From an uncultured Actinomycetes bacterium (lineage in GTDB: Bacteria > Actinomycetota > UBA4738 > HRBIN12), in NCBI GenBank assembly GCA_963835415.1, contig CAWIFZ010000005.1, positions 2,937 to 66,936 on the forward strand: a stretch of 64,000 nucleotides of DNA, written 5' to 3'. Shown in pieces: positions 38,976 to 49,903 of this stretch. The notes under the pieces are model-generated. The model worked only from the letters and a program-made list of their open reading frames with translations. It searched no databases and was not told the DNA's origin. Position numbers and translations under genes: made by a program. Position 1 is the stretch's first letter; the number at the start of each line of letters is the position of its first letter.

Positions 38976-39989
38976 ATGCGTGCAGCAGTCGTGAACAGGT
39001 TCCGCGAACCGCTCGTCATCGAGGAGCGACCCATCCCCGAGCCCGGGCGCGGACAGATCAGGGTGCACATCGAGACGTCGGGCGTGTGCCACACCGACAT
39101 CCACGCCGCTCGCGGCGATTGGCCGGTCAAGCCGACGCTCCCGCTCGTCCCAGGACATGAAGGCGTCGGGCTCGTCGACGCGCTCGGCGAGGGCGTGACG
39201 CGTGTGAAGATCGGGCAGCGCGTCGCGATCCCGTGGCTCGGCGGAGCCGACGGGACGTGTGAGTTCTGCGTCAAAGGGCTCGAGACGTACTGCGTCGCGC
39301 CCACGTTCACCGGCTACACCGTGGACGGTGGCTATCGTGAGTATTCGATCGCGAACGCCGACTTCGTCGGTCTGGTCCCCGAGGGGATCGACCCGCTCGA
39401 GGCGGCGCCGCTCTCCTGCGCCGGGGTGACCACGTACAAGGCCGTGAAGGCGGCCAAGGTCGGCCCATCGGACCTGGTCGGCATCGTCGGCATCGGGGGG
39501 CTCGGCCACCTCGGGTTGCAGTACGCGAAGATCGCGGGCGCGTTCACCGTGGCGATCGACGTGGACGACGCCAAGCTCGACCTGGCGAAGGAGCTCGGCG
39601 CCGACTACATGATCAACGCCGCGAGGCAGGACGTCGTGGAGGAGATGCAGAAGCTGGGCGGTGCGGATGCCATCGTGTCCACCGCCGCCACGCCGAAGCC
39701 GCTGACGGAGGCGGTGGCTTCGCTTCGACCGGCTGGACGACTGGTCCTGGTCGGCCTCCCCCAGGACAACGTGTTCCCGCTGCCGATCTTCGAGACGGTG
39801 CTCCGCGGGATCCAGGTGATCGGTTCGCTCGTCGGCACGCGAGAAGATCTGGCTGAGGTCTTCGAGCTCCACGCCGGCGGCCGCACCCGGGTCGTGCTCG
39901 AGCCACGCGAACTCGAAGCGGTGAACGAGTGCTTCGCCGACGTGTTGGCGGGGATCGTCCCGGCGCGGCTCGTGTTCGATCTCCGGTAG
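38976..39989 (+). CDS. Zinc-dependent alcohol dehydrogenase (AdhP-like)
   Basis: AAGAGGAGG RBS. GVCHTDIH, GHEGVG and GIGGLGHLG motifs; 337 aa. Confidence 0.9.
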   Translation: MRAAVVNRFREPLVIEERPIPEPGRGQIRVHIETSGVCHTDIHAARGDWPVKPTLPLVPGHEGVGLVDALGEGVTRVKIGQRVAIPWLGGADGTCEFCVKGLETYCVAPTFTGYTVDGGYREYSIANADFVGLVPEGIDPLEAAPLSCAGVTTYKAVKAAKVGPSDLVGIVGIGGLGHLGLQYAKIAGAFTVAIDVDDAKLDLAKELGADYMINAARQDVVEEMQKLGGADAIVSTAATPKPLTEAVASLRPAGRLVLVGLPQDNVFPLPIFETVLRGIQVIGSLVGTREDLAEVFELHAGGRTRVVLEPRELEAVNECFADVLAGIVPARLVFDLR

Positions 39990-40001
39990 AACGCGGGAGC
40001 G

Positions 40002-41075
40002 TCAGGACGGGAGGATGATGGAGCGGGTGTTCGGATCGACGACCACGTCGACGGCCGGCAGGGCCGTCGACGTGGGGCCCGCGATGGCTTCGGCGCCATG
40101 CGCCGGGTCGAACTCGGCGCCATGACACGGACACACGAGGATCCGGTTCGAGCTGTCATAACCCACGAGGCAGCCGGCATGGGTGCAGGTCCGGCTATAT
40201 GCCACGACCTCGTCAGCGCCCAACCGGACGAGCACGGCGGCGCCCACAGCCGGCGCGGTGAAGCCGATCGCCTCACCGATCGGCAGTTGGTCGAGCGTGG
40301 TGATCGTGCGACCTGGCACGGACGGCGCATCGCCAGTTCCACCGGTGGATGGCGTCGACGGCCCGGTCGGCCCGGTAGGAGTCGTTCTCGGTTGCGGTGC
40401 GGAGGCCAGCGTGTCGACCGACGGTCCGGAGAATGCCTTGGACGCGGTGGCGATGACGAGCGTCAGCCCTCCGACGACCGCTCCCCGGAGGAACTGTCGG
40501 CGGTCCACGTGATCGATCACCTCGAGCGGACCGACCATGCGACCCGTTCGCGCACGCTCCATCTCCACGATGCCTGCGAGCAGCGCGAGCCACGCGACCG
40601 CGTAGATCGAGTCCGAGCCGAGGAAGTACGGGTGGACGTGCCACGTCGCGGACAACAAGAGCGTCAGGCTCACGACGAACCCGCCGATGGCTGCGGTCAG
40701 CGACGCGACGCCCAGCAGCGTGCCGACGCCGATCGCGATCTCGATCAACGCGATCGCGACCCCCGCGAACACCGGCGCGCGCGCGAGGACGAGCAAGAGC
40801 GGACCTGCCGGGGTCCCCTGCGCGAACCCGTGGAGCTGGGTCCCCACGAAATCAGCGCTCCCCGTTCGGAGGAAGTTCGGATCGAGGAGCTTCTGCGCTC
40901 CCGCGAACAGGAACGTCGCCCCGAGGAATCCGCGAAGGATCCGGAGCGCCCACGGAAGCTCGATCCATCCCTCGGCGAACCCTCGCTCGCCCCGAGGCGC
41001 CGCGACGGATCGGGTCGTGTCCGGACGGCGAGGAACGTGACGAGCGGGGCGGCGAGTGGTCGTCGGATCGGTCAT
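40002..41075 (-). CDS. DoxX-like membrane domain fused to a Rieske [2Fe-2S] domain
   Basis: Four N-terminal TM helices, an internal RRQFLRGAVVGG Tat-like motif, a Pro/Thr-rich linker, then CTHAGC...CPCHG. Confidence 0.8.
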   Translation of the reverse strand: MTDPTTTRRPARHVPRRPDTTRSVAAPRGERGFAEGWIELPWALRILRGFLGATFLFAGAQKLLDPNFLRTGSADFVGTQLHGFAQGTPAGPLLLVLARAPVFAGVAIALIEIAIGVGTLLGVASLTAAIGGFVVSLTLLLSATWHVHPYFLGSDSIYAVAWLALLAGIVEMERARTGRMVGPLEVIDHVDRRQFLRGAVVGGLTLVIATASKAFSGPSVDTLASAPQPRTTPTGPTGPSTPSTGGTGDAPSVPGRTITTLDQLPIGEAIGFTAPAVGAAVLVRLGADEVVAYSRTCTHAGCLVGYDSSNRILVCPCHGAEFDPAHGAEAIAGPTSTALPAVDVVVDPNTRSIILPS

Positions 41076-41176
41076 GCATCGAGTGTGCGCCGACGACGTT
41101 TGGACATGGTTGGACCATGGTTCGGGAACGGTTAGAACCTCAGGTGGCATCCAGGTTCGGCTGCGACGATGTGGGG

Positions 41177-41842
41177 ATGCGGATCCTGCTGGTCGAGGAC
41201 GATCGCCGCCTCTCCGAACTGCTGGCCAGACGGCTCCGTTCGGAGGGGCACGACGCCGAGACGTGCGACAACGGCGTCGACGGCTTGGAGCGAGCGACGT
41301 CCGGAGACTTCGACCTCGCGATCATCGACGTGATGCTCCCCGGACTCGACGGTGTCTCGCTGACCTCGGCACTCCGCGGACAAGGCTCGTCGCTCCCGGT
41401 GCTGATGCTCACGGCACGAGACGCGGTGGACGATCGCGTCACCGGTCTCCGCGCGGGCGCCGACGACTACCTCGTCAAACCGTTCGCGTTCGTGGAGCTG
41501 CTGGCGAGGATCGATGCCCTCGCACGTCGGACCGGGCCCGTCGTCGCGAACGCCACCCTCGTGGAAGGCGCTGTGGCCGTGGACCCCATGGCCCGGCGGG
41601 TCACGGTCGACGGCCGTGAGGTCGAGCTGACCGCGAAGGAGTTCGACCTGCTGCAGTGCCTGCTCGAGCACGCCGGCAGGGTCCTGACGCGTGTCGAACT
41701 CAAAGAGCTGGTGTGGGACTTCTCGTTCGACGCGCAGACGAAGGTCGTGGATCTGTACGTGCATTACCTCCGCAAGAAGCTCGGGCCCGCGGGCGACATC
41801 ATCCAGACCGTGCGCGGCGTCGGCTACGCGGTCGGCCGCTGA
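41177..41842 (+). CDS. OmpR-family response regulator
   Basis: MRILLVEDD, DLAIIDVMLPGLDG and a winged-helix C-terminus (...TVRGVGYAV). Confidence 0.9.
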   Translation: MRILLVEDDRRLSELLARRLRSEGHDAETCDNGVDGLERATSGDFDLAIIDVMLPGLDGVSLTSALRGQGSSLPVLMLTARDAVDDRVTGLRAGADDYLVKPFAFVELLARIDALARRTGPVVANATLVEGAVAVDPMARRVTVDGREVELTAKEFDLLQCLLEHAGRVLTRVELKELVWDFSFDAQTKVVDLYVHYLRKKLGPAGDIIQTVRGVGYAVGR

Positions 41843-43059
41843 TGTTCCGCTCGCTGCGATCCCGGCTGGCGCTGTCCCATGCACTCGTCCTCACGGTGAT
41901 CCTCGTCGGGCTCGGGTTCTGGTTGCAGCTGCTGTTGGCGGGAACGCTCGACCGCAGCGCCACGGACGATCTGCTCGCGCAGGCGAACGGTCAGGTGAAG
42001 AGCATCGAGGAGTCGGGCGAGGTGCAGCCACCGGTCGACTCGGATACGCCGTCGGAGGCCTCGGTGCAGCTGGCGATCTACGCCTCCCCCGACGACCGCC
42101 TGGTGGGCGAACCCACCGAAACGCCACGGTGGTTGCGGCACTACCCAGCGACGGTGACGGATCTGTCGGTCGCGGGCGAGCACGTCCGAGTCATCACGGT
42201 TCCCGCGAAGGTCGAGGGAAACGTGGTCGCGTGGGTCGCGGCCGGACGCTCGCTGGAGTCCGAGGACCGACTGCTCCAACAGGTGCGGCTGCTCCTCATC
42301 GTCGGAGGCGCGATCGCCGTCGTGGCCAGCCTGTTCGCCGGCTGGTGGCTCGCCGGGCGCGCGGTCCGGCCCGTGGAGCGCGCCTATCGCGCGCAGGCGG
42401 GGTTCGCCGCCGATGCGTCGCACGAACTCCGCACGCCGCTCGCGTTCATCCGTTCAGGGGTGGAGGTCCTCTCCGAAGGAGACCCGGAACTCGGGGCCGA
42501 GGTCCTCGCGGATGTCGACTACCTGACCGGCATGACGCAGCGGCTGCTCATGATGGCGCGTGCCGAACGCGGCACGATGTCGCTCGAGCGGGCACCGATC
42601 GACGTCGGCGCGATCTGCCGTTCGGCGGGACGGCGCAGCGAGGTCGCACACGCCGATCGGCTCACGATCTCCGGGCCCGCACCCTTGACGGCGATCGGCG
42701 ACGGCGTCGGGCTCGAGGCAGCACTGGACGCGGTGCTCGAGAACGTGCACGAGCACGGCGGCGGCACGGCCGAGCTCGTCTGGGCGGCGGCGGGCGACGA
42801 CGCCGTGGTCTCGGTGGTCGACCACGGCCCGGGTCTGCCGGCCGATGCCGCCGAGCAGGCGTTCGAACGGTTCTTCCGGGCCGATCCCTCGCGGGCGCGC
42901 GATACGGGCGGCGCCGGACTGGGACTGTCGCTGGCTCGCACGCTCATCCAGGCACAAGGCGGCCGGATATGGCTCGAGTCGACGCCGGGAGGCGGGCTCA
43001 CCGCGCGTGTCGCCCTTCCCTTGTCACGCCCGCGAGGCGCGAGTTCAACCTCCGGCTGA
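41842..43059 (+). CDS. Sensor histidine kinase (two TM, HAMP-like, HisKA, HATPase)
   Basis: The ATG overlaps the regulator stop. H-box ASHELRTPLAF and G-boxes DHGPGLP, GGAGLGLSL. Confidence 0.85.
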   Translation: MFRSLRSRLALSHALVLTVILVGLGFWLQLLLAGTLDRSATDDLLAQANGQVKSIEESGEVQPPVDSDTPSEASVQLAIYASPDDRLVGEPTETPRWLRHYPATVTDLSVAGEHVRVITVPAKVEGNVVAWVAAGRSLESEDRLLQQVRLLLIVGGAIAVVASLFAGWWLAGRAVRPVERAYRAQAGFAADASHELRTPLAFIRSGVEVLSEGDPELGAEVLADVDYLTGMTQRLLMMARAERGTMSLERAPIDVGAICRSAGRRSEVAHADRLTISGPAPLTAIGDGVGLEAALDAVLENVHEHGGGTAELVWAAAGDDAVVSVVDHGPGLPADAAEQAFERFFRADPSRARDTGGAGLGLSLARTLIQAQGGRIWLESTPGGGLTARVALPLSRPRGASSTSG

Positions 43060-45772
43060 ACGGCTCGCGAACGGCGTCGTCGGGGGCGACGTCCGGACGC
43101 GCACACGGACGTCGACCACCTTCACACCGGACGGAAGGACCATCACGGGGTTGCAGTCCATCTCGGCGATCTCGGGATGCGCGTCGGCGAGCGCGCCCAC
43201 CCGGAGGATCGTCTGCACCAGGGCACCCACGTCGGCCTTCGGTGCGCCCCGGAACCCGTCCAGCAAGGGGAACGTGGCCAGCGACCGGACCATCTCGTCC
43301 GCATCCACGTCGGTGATGGGCGCGACGCGCACGGCCACATCCCGCTGGAGCTCCACCGTGACGCCGCCGCCCCCGCACGCGACGACCGGGCCGAACACCG
43401 GGTCCGCGACCACGCCGACCAGCATCTCGACGGCATCCTCGATCCGTTCCTGCAGCGTGAACCCGTCGAGCCGCTCTCCGGCGGCCTCAACACGCGTACG
43501 CATGCTTCGGGCTTCCTCGAGCACGTCGCCGGGCCGCACGCCGATCCGCACGGCGCCGGACTCCGTCTTGTGCAACGGGCCGATCCCCTTCAGGACGATC
43601 GGCCCGTCGAACGACGTGGCTGCCTCTGACGCCTCCTCGGCCGTCCGAACGCTCACCGTGCGCGCCAGCGGGATGCCGTAGCACGCGAGCAGTCGCTCGG
43701 CGTCTTCCGTCGGGAGCCACTCGTCTCCACGCGCGAGCGCGGCCGCGATCAACGCGGCCGCCTCCCCCGGCTGCGTGTCGTCGAACGACGGCACGAGCCC
43801 CTCGGCGCGCGACCGCCACATGCCGTACCGCACCGCGCGCGCAAGCGCGATGGCAGCCTGCTCGGGATAGCGATAGGAGGGGATCCGGCTGCCGGGCGCA
43901 CGCAGCACGTCGGGGAGACCGCGCGCGGACATGAAGCACGACAGGATGGGGATGCGGCCGTCGACCTCGGCGACCGCGCGGACGAGCTGGCGAGCGACCT
44001 CGGGGGCCGCCGCCTCCAGGGGCGGGATGTAGAGCACGATCAGCGCGTCGATCCCTGGATCGCCCGCGACCACACGGATCGCTCGGCCGTAGTCCTCCGC
44101 CGACGCGGAGGCGATCATGTCGACGGGGTTCGAGACCGACGACGCCACCGGGAGGAACGACCGCAGCTCGTGCACCGTGCCGGCTCCCAGCTCCGTCACG
44201 GCGAGGCCGTTCGCCTCGCACGTGTCCGCGCAGAGGATGCCCAGCCCGCCGGCGTTCGTCACGATGGCGACGCGGTTGCCGGCCGGGACCGGCTGGTTGG
44301 CCAGGAGCGTCGCCACGTCGAACAGCTGCTCGAGCGTGTCGGTCCGGATCACGCCGCTCTGCCGGAAGAGCGCGTCCACGGTGGAGTCCGAGGCGGCCAG
44401 CAGCGCCCCGGTGTGCGACATCGCCGCGCGACTCCCGGCTGCGCTGCGCCCGCTCTTCACGGCGACGATCGGCGTGTGGGCGCCCAGCCGGCGGGCGAGC
44501 CTGGCGAACCGGCGCGGGTTCCCGAACGACTCGAGGTACATCAACACGACATCGGTGTTCGGGTCGTCGTCCCAATAGCTCAGGAGATCGTTGCCGGAGA
44601 TGTCTGCCTTGTTCCCGATGGAGACGAACGTCGACAGACCCAAGCCGAGCTCCGCGGCTTGCCCCATGACCGCGATCCCGAGCGCGCCGCTCTGCGAGAG
44701 GAACCCGACGCGTCCCGCAGGGGGCCACGTCGTCGCGAACGTGCCGTTGAGTTGCACGGCGGGGTCGGTGTTCACCACCCCCATGCAGTTCGGACCGATC
44801 AGTCGCATGCCGGATGCGCGACACACGTCGAGGAGCTCGCGTTGCAACGCGGCGCCGTCCGAGCCGGTTTCGGCGAACCCGGCGGAGATCACGACGAGCC
44901 CGCGCACACCCTTCTCGCCGCACTCCCGGGCCACCGCGATGACATGCGCCGCCGGCACCGCGACGAACGCCACGTCGACGTGACCGGGGATGTCGAGCAC
45001 GCTCGGGAACGCCGCGATGCCCTGCACGACGGCCGACTTCGGGTTGACGGCGTGCACCACGCCCGCGAACGGAGGGTCCAGCAGGTTGTGGAGGAGCCGT
45101 CCGCCGATCGACGCTGCGTCGCGCGACGCCCCGATCACCGCGACGGACGTGGGCTGGAGGATCGCACGGACGGCGTTCGCCGCCGCGATCCGCTCCCGAT
45201 CCTCGTACGCGGCGAGCGCCTCGGCGGTGAGCGCCGTCGGGAACTCGACGTCCACGGTCCCCGGCGTCGCGCGCAGATGAACGGGGAAGCCGCTGCGCCG
45301 GAAGACGTCGATCATCCGGTGGTTCTCCGGGAGCACGTGTGCATGGAACGTCGAGATGCCGGCATCGTCGGCGGCGTCGGCCAGATGCGCGACCAGGATC
45401 GAGCCGAGGCCACGCCCCTGCAAGGCGTCGGCGACGCTGACGCTGACCTCCGCCCGTGACGGATCTCCTTCGCGGATGTATTGCGCGCCGCCGATCACCT
45501 CACCCGCTCCAGCTTCGGCCACGGCCAGCAGCGTGAGGTGGTTCCGGTAATCGACCTCGGTCGAGCGCCGCGCGATATCACTGACGTCGACCGCCACACC
45601 GCCGAACCGGAAGTAGCGGGACTCGTCCGACAGGCCGATCAGATAGTCCTCGATCCGTTCGCGATCCTCGCGCCGTGCCGGCCGGATGCGCACGGTGGCG
45701 CCGTCTCGCAGGACGACGTCGACCTCCCGGTGCGCCGGATACGGGGCCGAAGCGTCGTCCATGGCGCCTAAT
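43045..45772 (-). CDS. GNAT acetyltransferase fused to ADP-forming acyl-CoA synthetase-like domains (Pat-type protein acetyltransferase architecture)
   Basis: From ATG 45772: a GNAT region (ADALQGRGLGSIL), then CoA-binding (VAVIGASRDAASIGG), ligase-CoA and ATP-grasp-like regions. ORF 43045..46248 is extended upstream by run-on. Confidence 0.8.
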
Positions 45773-45776
45773 CGGC

Positions 45777-48497
45777 CTAGCGCTCGAGAAGCTCGCGCAG
45801 CACCATCCGCAGGAGGCCACCGCCGGCGAAGTAGTCGACCTCCGCGGCGCCGTCGATCCGCACGATCGCGCTGAACGCGCGTCGTGCACCGTCGTCGCTC
45901 ACCGCCTCGACCGCGACCTGCATCCCGGGCGACACGCCGCCCTCCAGACCGCGGACCGAGATCGTCTCCCGTCCGCTGAGGCCGAGCGACGCCGCGGACT
46001 CCCCCGCCGCGAACTGGAGCGGCAGGACGCCCATCCCGACGAGGTTGCTGCGATGGATCCGCTCGTAGCTCTCGGCGATCACGAACCGAACACCGAGGAG
46101 CGAGGGGCCCTTCGCCGCCCAGTCGCGGCTGGAGCCGCTGCCGTACTCCTTGCCTGCCAGGACCGCGAGCGGCACACCCGCCTCCCGGTAGCGGCCCGCG
46201 GCGTCGAACACCGTCATGAGGTCGCCGTCGGGGAGATACGTGGTCCACGGGCCCTCGGTCCCTGGCGCCATCTCGTTGCGGAGCCGGATGTTCGCGAACG
46301 TCCCGCGCATCATGACCTCGTGGTTACCGCGGCGTGCGCCGTAGCTGTTGAACTCCGCCGGCGACACCCCGCGCGCCTTGAGGAACTCCCCCGCGGGCGA
46401 GTCCGCCTTGATCGATCCGGCCGGCGAGATGTGGTCGGTGGTGATGGAGTCGCCGACCTTGACCAGGACGCGCGCGCCCTCGATGTTCCCGCCGGCGACG
46501 GCATCGTCGAGATCGTCGAAGAACGGCGGCTCTCGCACGTATGTCGAATCTGGATCCCATTCGTACATCGGACCTGAGGGCGACGGCAGTGCCGCCCAGT
46601 TCTCGTCGCCGTCCCAGACGCGTCCGTATTCGTGCTCGAACTGTTGAGGCTCGAGCGACGTCCGGATGGCCTGCGCCACGTCGTCGGCCGAGGGCCAGAT
46701 GTCGCTGAGGAATACCGGACCATCCGCGCCTCGGCCGAGCGGCTCGGTCGTGAGGTCGATCTGGACGCTGCCGGCCAGGGCGTAGGCGACACAGAGCGGC
46801 GGCGAGGCGAGGTAGCTCGCCCTCACCTGCGGATGGATCCTCCCCTCGAAGTTCCGGTTCCCGGAGAGGACGGCGACGACGTTCAGGTCCCCCTCGTCGA
46901 CGGCGCTCGCGACGTTCTCCGGCAACGGTCCGGAGTTCCCGATGCACGTCGTGCACCCGTAGCCGACCAGCGAGAACCCGAGCTTGTCGAGGTACGGCGT
47001 CAGGCCCGCGCGATCGAGGTAGTCGGTCACGACTCGCGACCCGGGTGCGAGGCTGGTCTTCACCCATGGCTTCGTCTCCAGCCCCGCTTCGACGGCCTTC
47101 TTGGCAAGCAGACCCGCGGCGAGCATGACGGAGGGGTTGGACGTGTTCGTGCAGCTGGTGATCGCCGCGATCACGACCGAGCCGTGCCGGACGGTGGCCC
47201 CGTTCACGTCGATCGGCGTCTCGGTACCCGGCTCGATCGTCGCGTCCACATCGACGGCCACGTCGGGGTTCCCGCCCTCCGATTCGAACCGTCCGACCTC
47301 GGTCAGCTTCGGGTCCGGCTCGGAACCGTCGCGGAACGCGGCGACGAACGAGTCCCAGACATCGGGCAGCGCCACCCGATCCTGCGGGCGTTTCGGTCCG
47401 GCGAGCGATGGGACGATCCCCGATAGATCCAGGTCGAGCACCTCGGTGAACACCGGGTCCGGATCGCCATCGGAGCGGAACAGCCCCTGCTCCTTCGTGT
47501 AGCGCTCCACCACGTCGACGAGTCGGTCACGGCCCGTGAACGCCAGATACCGGAGCGTCTCTTCGTCGACGGGGAAGTATGCGGCGGTGGCCCCGTACTC
47601 GGGACACATGTTGGACATGGTCGCTCGGTCGGCGGTGGAAAGCGTGGACAGCCCGTCGCCGAAGAACTCGACGAATCGCCCGACGACGCCGTGCGCGCGA
47701 AGCATCTCTGTGAGCGTGAGCACCAGGTCGGTCGCGGTGGTGCCGGGAGGGAGGCCCCCCGTCATCCGCACGCCGACCATGAGCGGCTGTGGCATGAACG
47801 CGGGCTGGCCGAGCATGGCGGCCTCCGCCTCGATGCCGCCGACGCCCCAGCCGAGCACGCCCAAGCCGTTGATCATGGTCGTGTGTGAGTCCGTCCCGAC
47901 GAGCGTGTCCGGGAACGCGACCCCATCGCGGACGGTCACCACCTGGCCGAGGTGCTCCAGGTTCACCTGGTGACAGATGCCCGCGCCCGGAGGGACCACG
48001 CGGAGCCCGTCGAAGGCCTGCTGCGCCCATCGCAGGAGCGCATAGCGTTCGGAGTTGCGGCGGTACTCCCACTCGATGTTGGCCGCGTACGCGCCTTCGC
48101 TCCGGAACAGGTCGACCTGTACCGAGTGATCGATGATCAGATCTGCGGGAACGAGCGGATCGACCGTTGACGGGTCGCCGCCGTTCCGGGCCATGGCCGA
48201 GCGCATCGCGGCCAGGTCCACCACCGCCGGGACGCCCGTCAGGTCCTGCATCAGGACGCGGCCTGGCATGAACGCGATGTTCTGAGCCGGTCCCGGCCAC
48301 GCGGCCAGCGCCCGCACGTCGTCGTCGGACACGTCGCGCGTGCCGGCGCGGCGGAGCAGGTTCTCCAGCAGGATCTTGACGGTCTTGGGGAGGCGCGCGA
48401 TGTCGCCGTGGTCGCTCAGATGGTCCAGTCGGTAGATGTCGACGGCGCCGTCGGCGGTCTCCAACGAACCGCGGGCGCCGGTCAGCTCGGAGGTCAT
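45777..48497 (-). CDS. acnA: Aconitate hydratase A
   Basis: 906-aa intact ORF with IDHSVQVD, GTDSHTT, CTNTSNP and CTTCIGNSG motifs. Confidence 0.95.
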   Translation of the reverse strand: MTSELTGARGSLETADGAVDIYRLDHLSDHGDIARLPKTVKILLENLLRRAGTRDVSDDDVRALAAWPGPAQNIAFMPGRVLMQDLTGVPAVVDLAAMRSAMARNGGDPSTVDPLVPADLIIDHSVQVDLFRSEGAYAANIEWEYRRNSERYALLRWAQQAFDGLRVVPPGAGICHQVNLEHLGQVVTVRDGVAFPDTLVGTDSHTTMINGLGVLGWGVGGIEAEAAMLGQPAFMPQPLMVGVRMTGGLPPGTTATDLVLTLTEMLRAHGVVGRFVEFFGDGLSTLSTADRATMSNMCPEYGATAAYFPVDEETLRYLAFTGRDRLVDVVERYTKEQGLFRSDGDPDPVFTEVLDLDLSGIVPSLAGPKRPQDRVALPDVWDSFVAAFRDGSEPDPKLTEVGRFESEGGNPDVAVDVDATIEPGTETPIDVNGATVRHGSVVIAAITSCTNTSNPSVMLAAGLLAKKAVEAGLETKPWVKTSLAPGSRVVTDYLDRAGLTPYLDKLGFSLVGYGCTTCIGNSGPLPENVASAVDEGDLNVVAVLSGNRNFEGRIHPQVRASYLASPPLCVAYALAGSVQIDLTTEPLGRGADGPVFLSDIWPSADDVAQAIRTSLEPQQFEHEYGRVWDGDENWAALPSPSGPMYEWDPDSTYVREPPFFDDLDDAVAGGNIEGARVLVKVGDSITTDHISPAGSIKADSPAGEFLKARGVSPAEFNSYGARRGNHEVMMRGTFANIRLRNEMAPGTEGPWTTYLPDGDLMTVFDAAGRYREAGVPLAVLAGKEYGSGSSRDWAAKGPSLLGVRFVIAESYERIHRSNLVGMGVLPLQFAAGESAASLGLSGRETISVRGLEGGVSPGMQVAVEAVSDDGARRAFSAIVRIDGAAEVDYFAGGGLLRMVLRELLER

Positions 48498-48560
48498 CGT
48501 GACGTCGCTTCCTTCCTCATGACGGGCTCCTCCATCCTCCCACGCGCGAACGCGCTCGCT

Positions 48561-49034
48561 TCAGGAGCCGGGACGATCGGCCTTGCGGGCGGCCTTGACG
48601 GCGGCCTTGTGCTCCATGCGCGTCGTGCGGCGGAGCTTGGCCTCACGTTGACGTCGTTGTTCGGTTTCGGTCTCGGCCAGGAGCGGTGCCACGGGACGCG
48701 GATGGCCCTCCTGGTCGATCGCGACGTACACCAGATAGGCGCTCGCGGCATGGACGCGTCTGCCGGTGATCGGGTTCTCGGCCTCGACGCGGACGCCGCA
48801 CTCCATGGATGTGGTGCCGACGTCGTTCACGGCCGCGTGGAGCGTGAGGACGTCCCCGATGTGGACCGGCTCCAGGAACGTCATCTCGTCGAGCGACACC
48901 GTCACCGCCAGCCCGCCCGCGTGACGGATCGCGGCCAGCGCCGCCGCGGTATCGACCAGCCGCATGATCACGCCTCCGTGGACGTTGCCGGCCACGTTCG
49001 CGTCGGTGACCTCCATCATCTGCGTGAGCGTCAC
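48561..49034 (-). CDS. Acyl-CoA thioesterase (hotdog fold)
   Basis: VTLTQMMEVTDANVAGNVHGGVIMRLVD... The start is GTG 49034 or ATG 49019. Confidence 0.8.
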   Translation of the reverse strand: MTLTQMMEVTDANVAGNVHGGVIMRLVDTAAALAAIRHAGGLAVTVSLDEMTFLEPVHIGDVLTLHAAVNDVGTTSMECGVRVEAENPITGRRVHAASAYLVYVAIDQEGHPRPVAPLLAETETEQRRQREAKLRRTTRMEHKAAVKAARKADRPGS

Positions 49035-49118
49035 GCGCGACGCGGATGCGGGCTCTCGATGCGGGTTCGAACGCGGCCATCGTCGGCATCCTACGTCGGC
49101 GCGGATACCCTGCCGGAC

Positions 49119-49871
49119 ATGCGACGCGCGTTGTGGGCTCTGGCGTTCGTGCTCGCCGCGGCATGTAGCGGCGATCCGGTCGACACGCCATCCGCACCCC
49201 CGAGCGCCGTCCTCGTCCGTCTCACCGACCATGTCACCGAGCGAGAGCTCCTCCCCCAGCCCGGAGGTCGAGCCCGTCAACATCCCGAGCGGCACCCCGT
49301 CCTCGTTCGACGAGGACGTCGAGTCGTCCGAGGTTCCGCCCGAGGCGTTGATCCCGCCGGGGACGTCCGTGACCGACGTCTGGTACGCGGAGACCGACCG
49401 CCGGGTCCTCGATCCTGGTCGCCTTCGTCGATCCGGGGACCGACCCGTTCCGGCTGGAGCACGGTCTCGTGGTGTGGCGCCGGTTCCCCGGTGAGGCCGG
49501 AGCCGTGGCGTCCGGTGTTCGGGTTGCTCGATCCGCCGGAGCGCGGCGTGGTCGAACTGCACGCGATCATCGGCGACGCGACGGGCGACGGTTCGCCCGA
49601 TGCGCTCGTGTTCGAGGACACCGGTGGCTCTGGCGCATGCGGCACATGGCGGGTCATCGACCTCGCGGCGAACGCCGCCGTGTTCACCAAGAAGACGTGC
49701 GACACGACGATCGATCTCTCGAGCGACCCTCCGGGGCTCGTGGTACGGGAGGCGGTGTTCGCGCCCGGCGACGCCCATTGCTGCCCCAGCTCGACCAAGA
49801 CGTCCGTCCTGACGTTCGACGAGGCCGCCGGCGGGTGGACGGTCGACTCGACGACGGAGCAACCCACCTGA
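49119..49871 (+). pseudogene. Putative lipoprotein; the plausible reading passes through all three frames between about 49250 and 49500
   Basis: Lipobox LAAACSG. The middle of the nominal frame is Arg-rich off-frame-like sequence. Frames of 48964 and 49469 give protein-like text (PSPEVEPVNIPSGTPSSFDEDVESSEVPPEALIPPGTSVTDVWYAETD; ILVAFVDPGTDPFRLEHGLVVWRRFPGE). Confidence 0.4.
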
Positions 49872-49903
49872 GCCGATTCGACACATGACTGCCTCTCCGA
49901 TAT

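Noticed and set aside
37173-39989. A 938-aa ORF spanning the FRD, DoxX and ADH regions.
   Set aside because: Only the last 337 codons, from ATG 38976 with a strong RBS, form the alcohol dehydrogenase. The upstream part is off-frame run-on across other genes and intergenic DNA.
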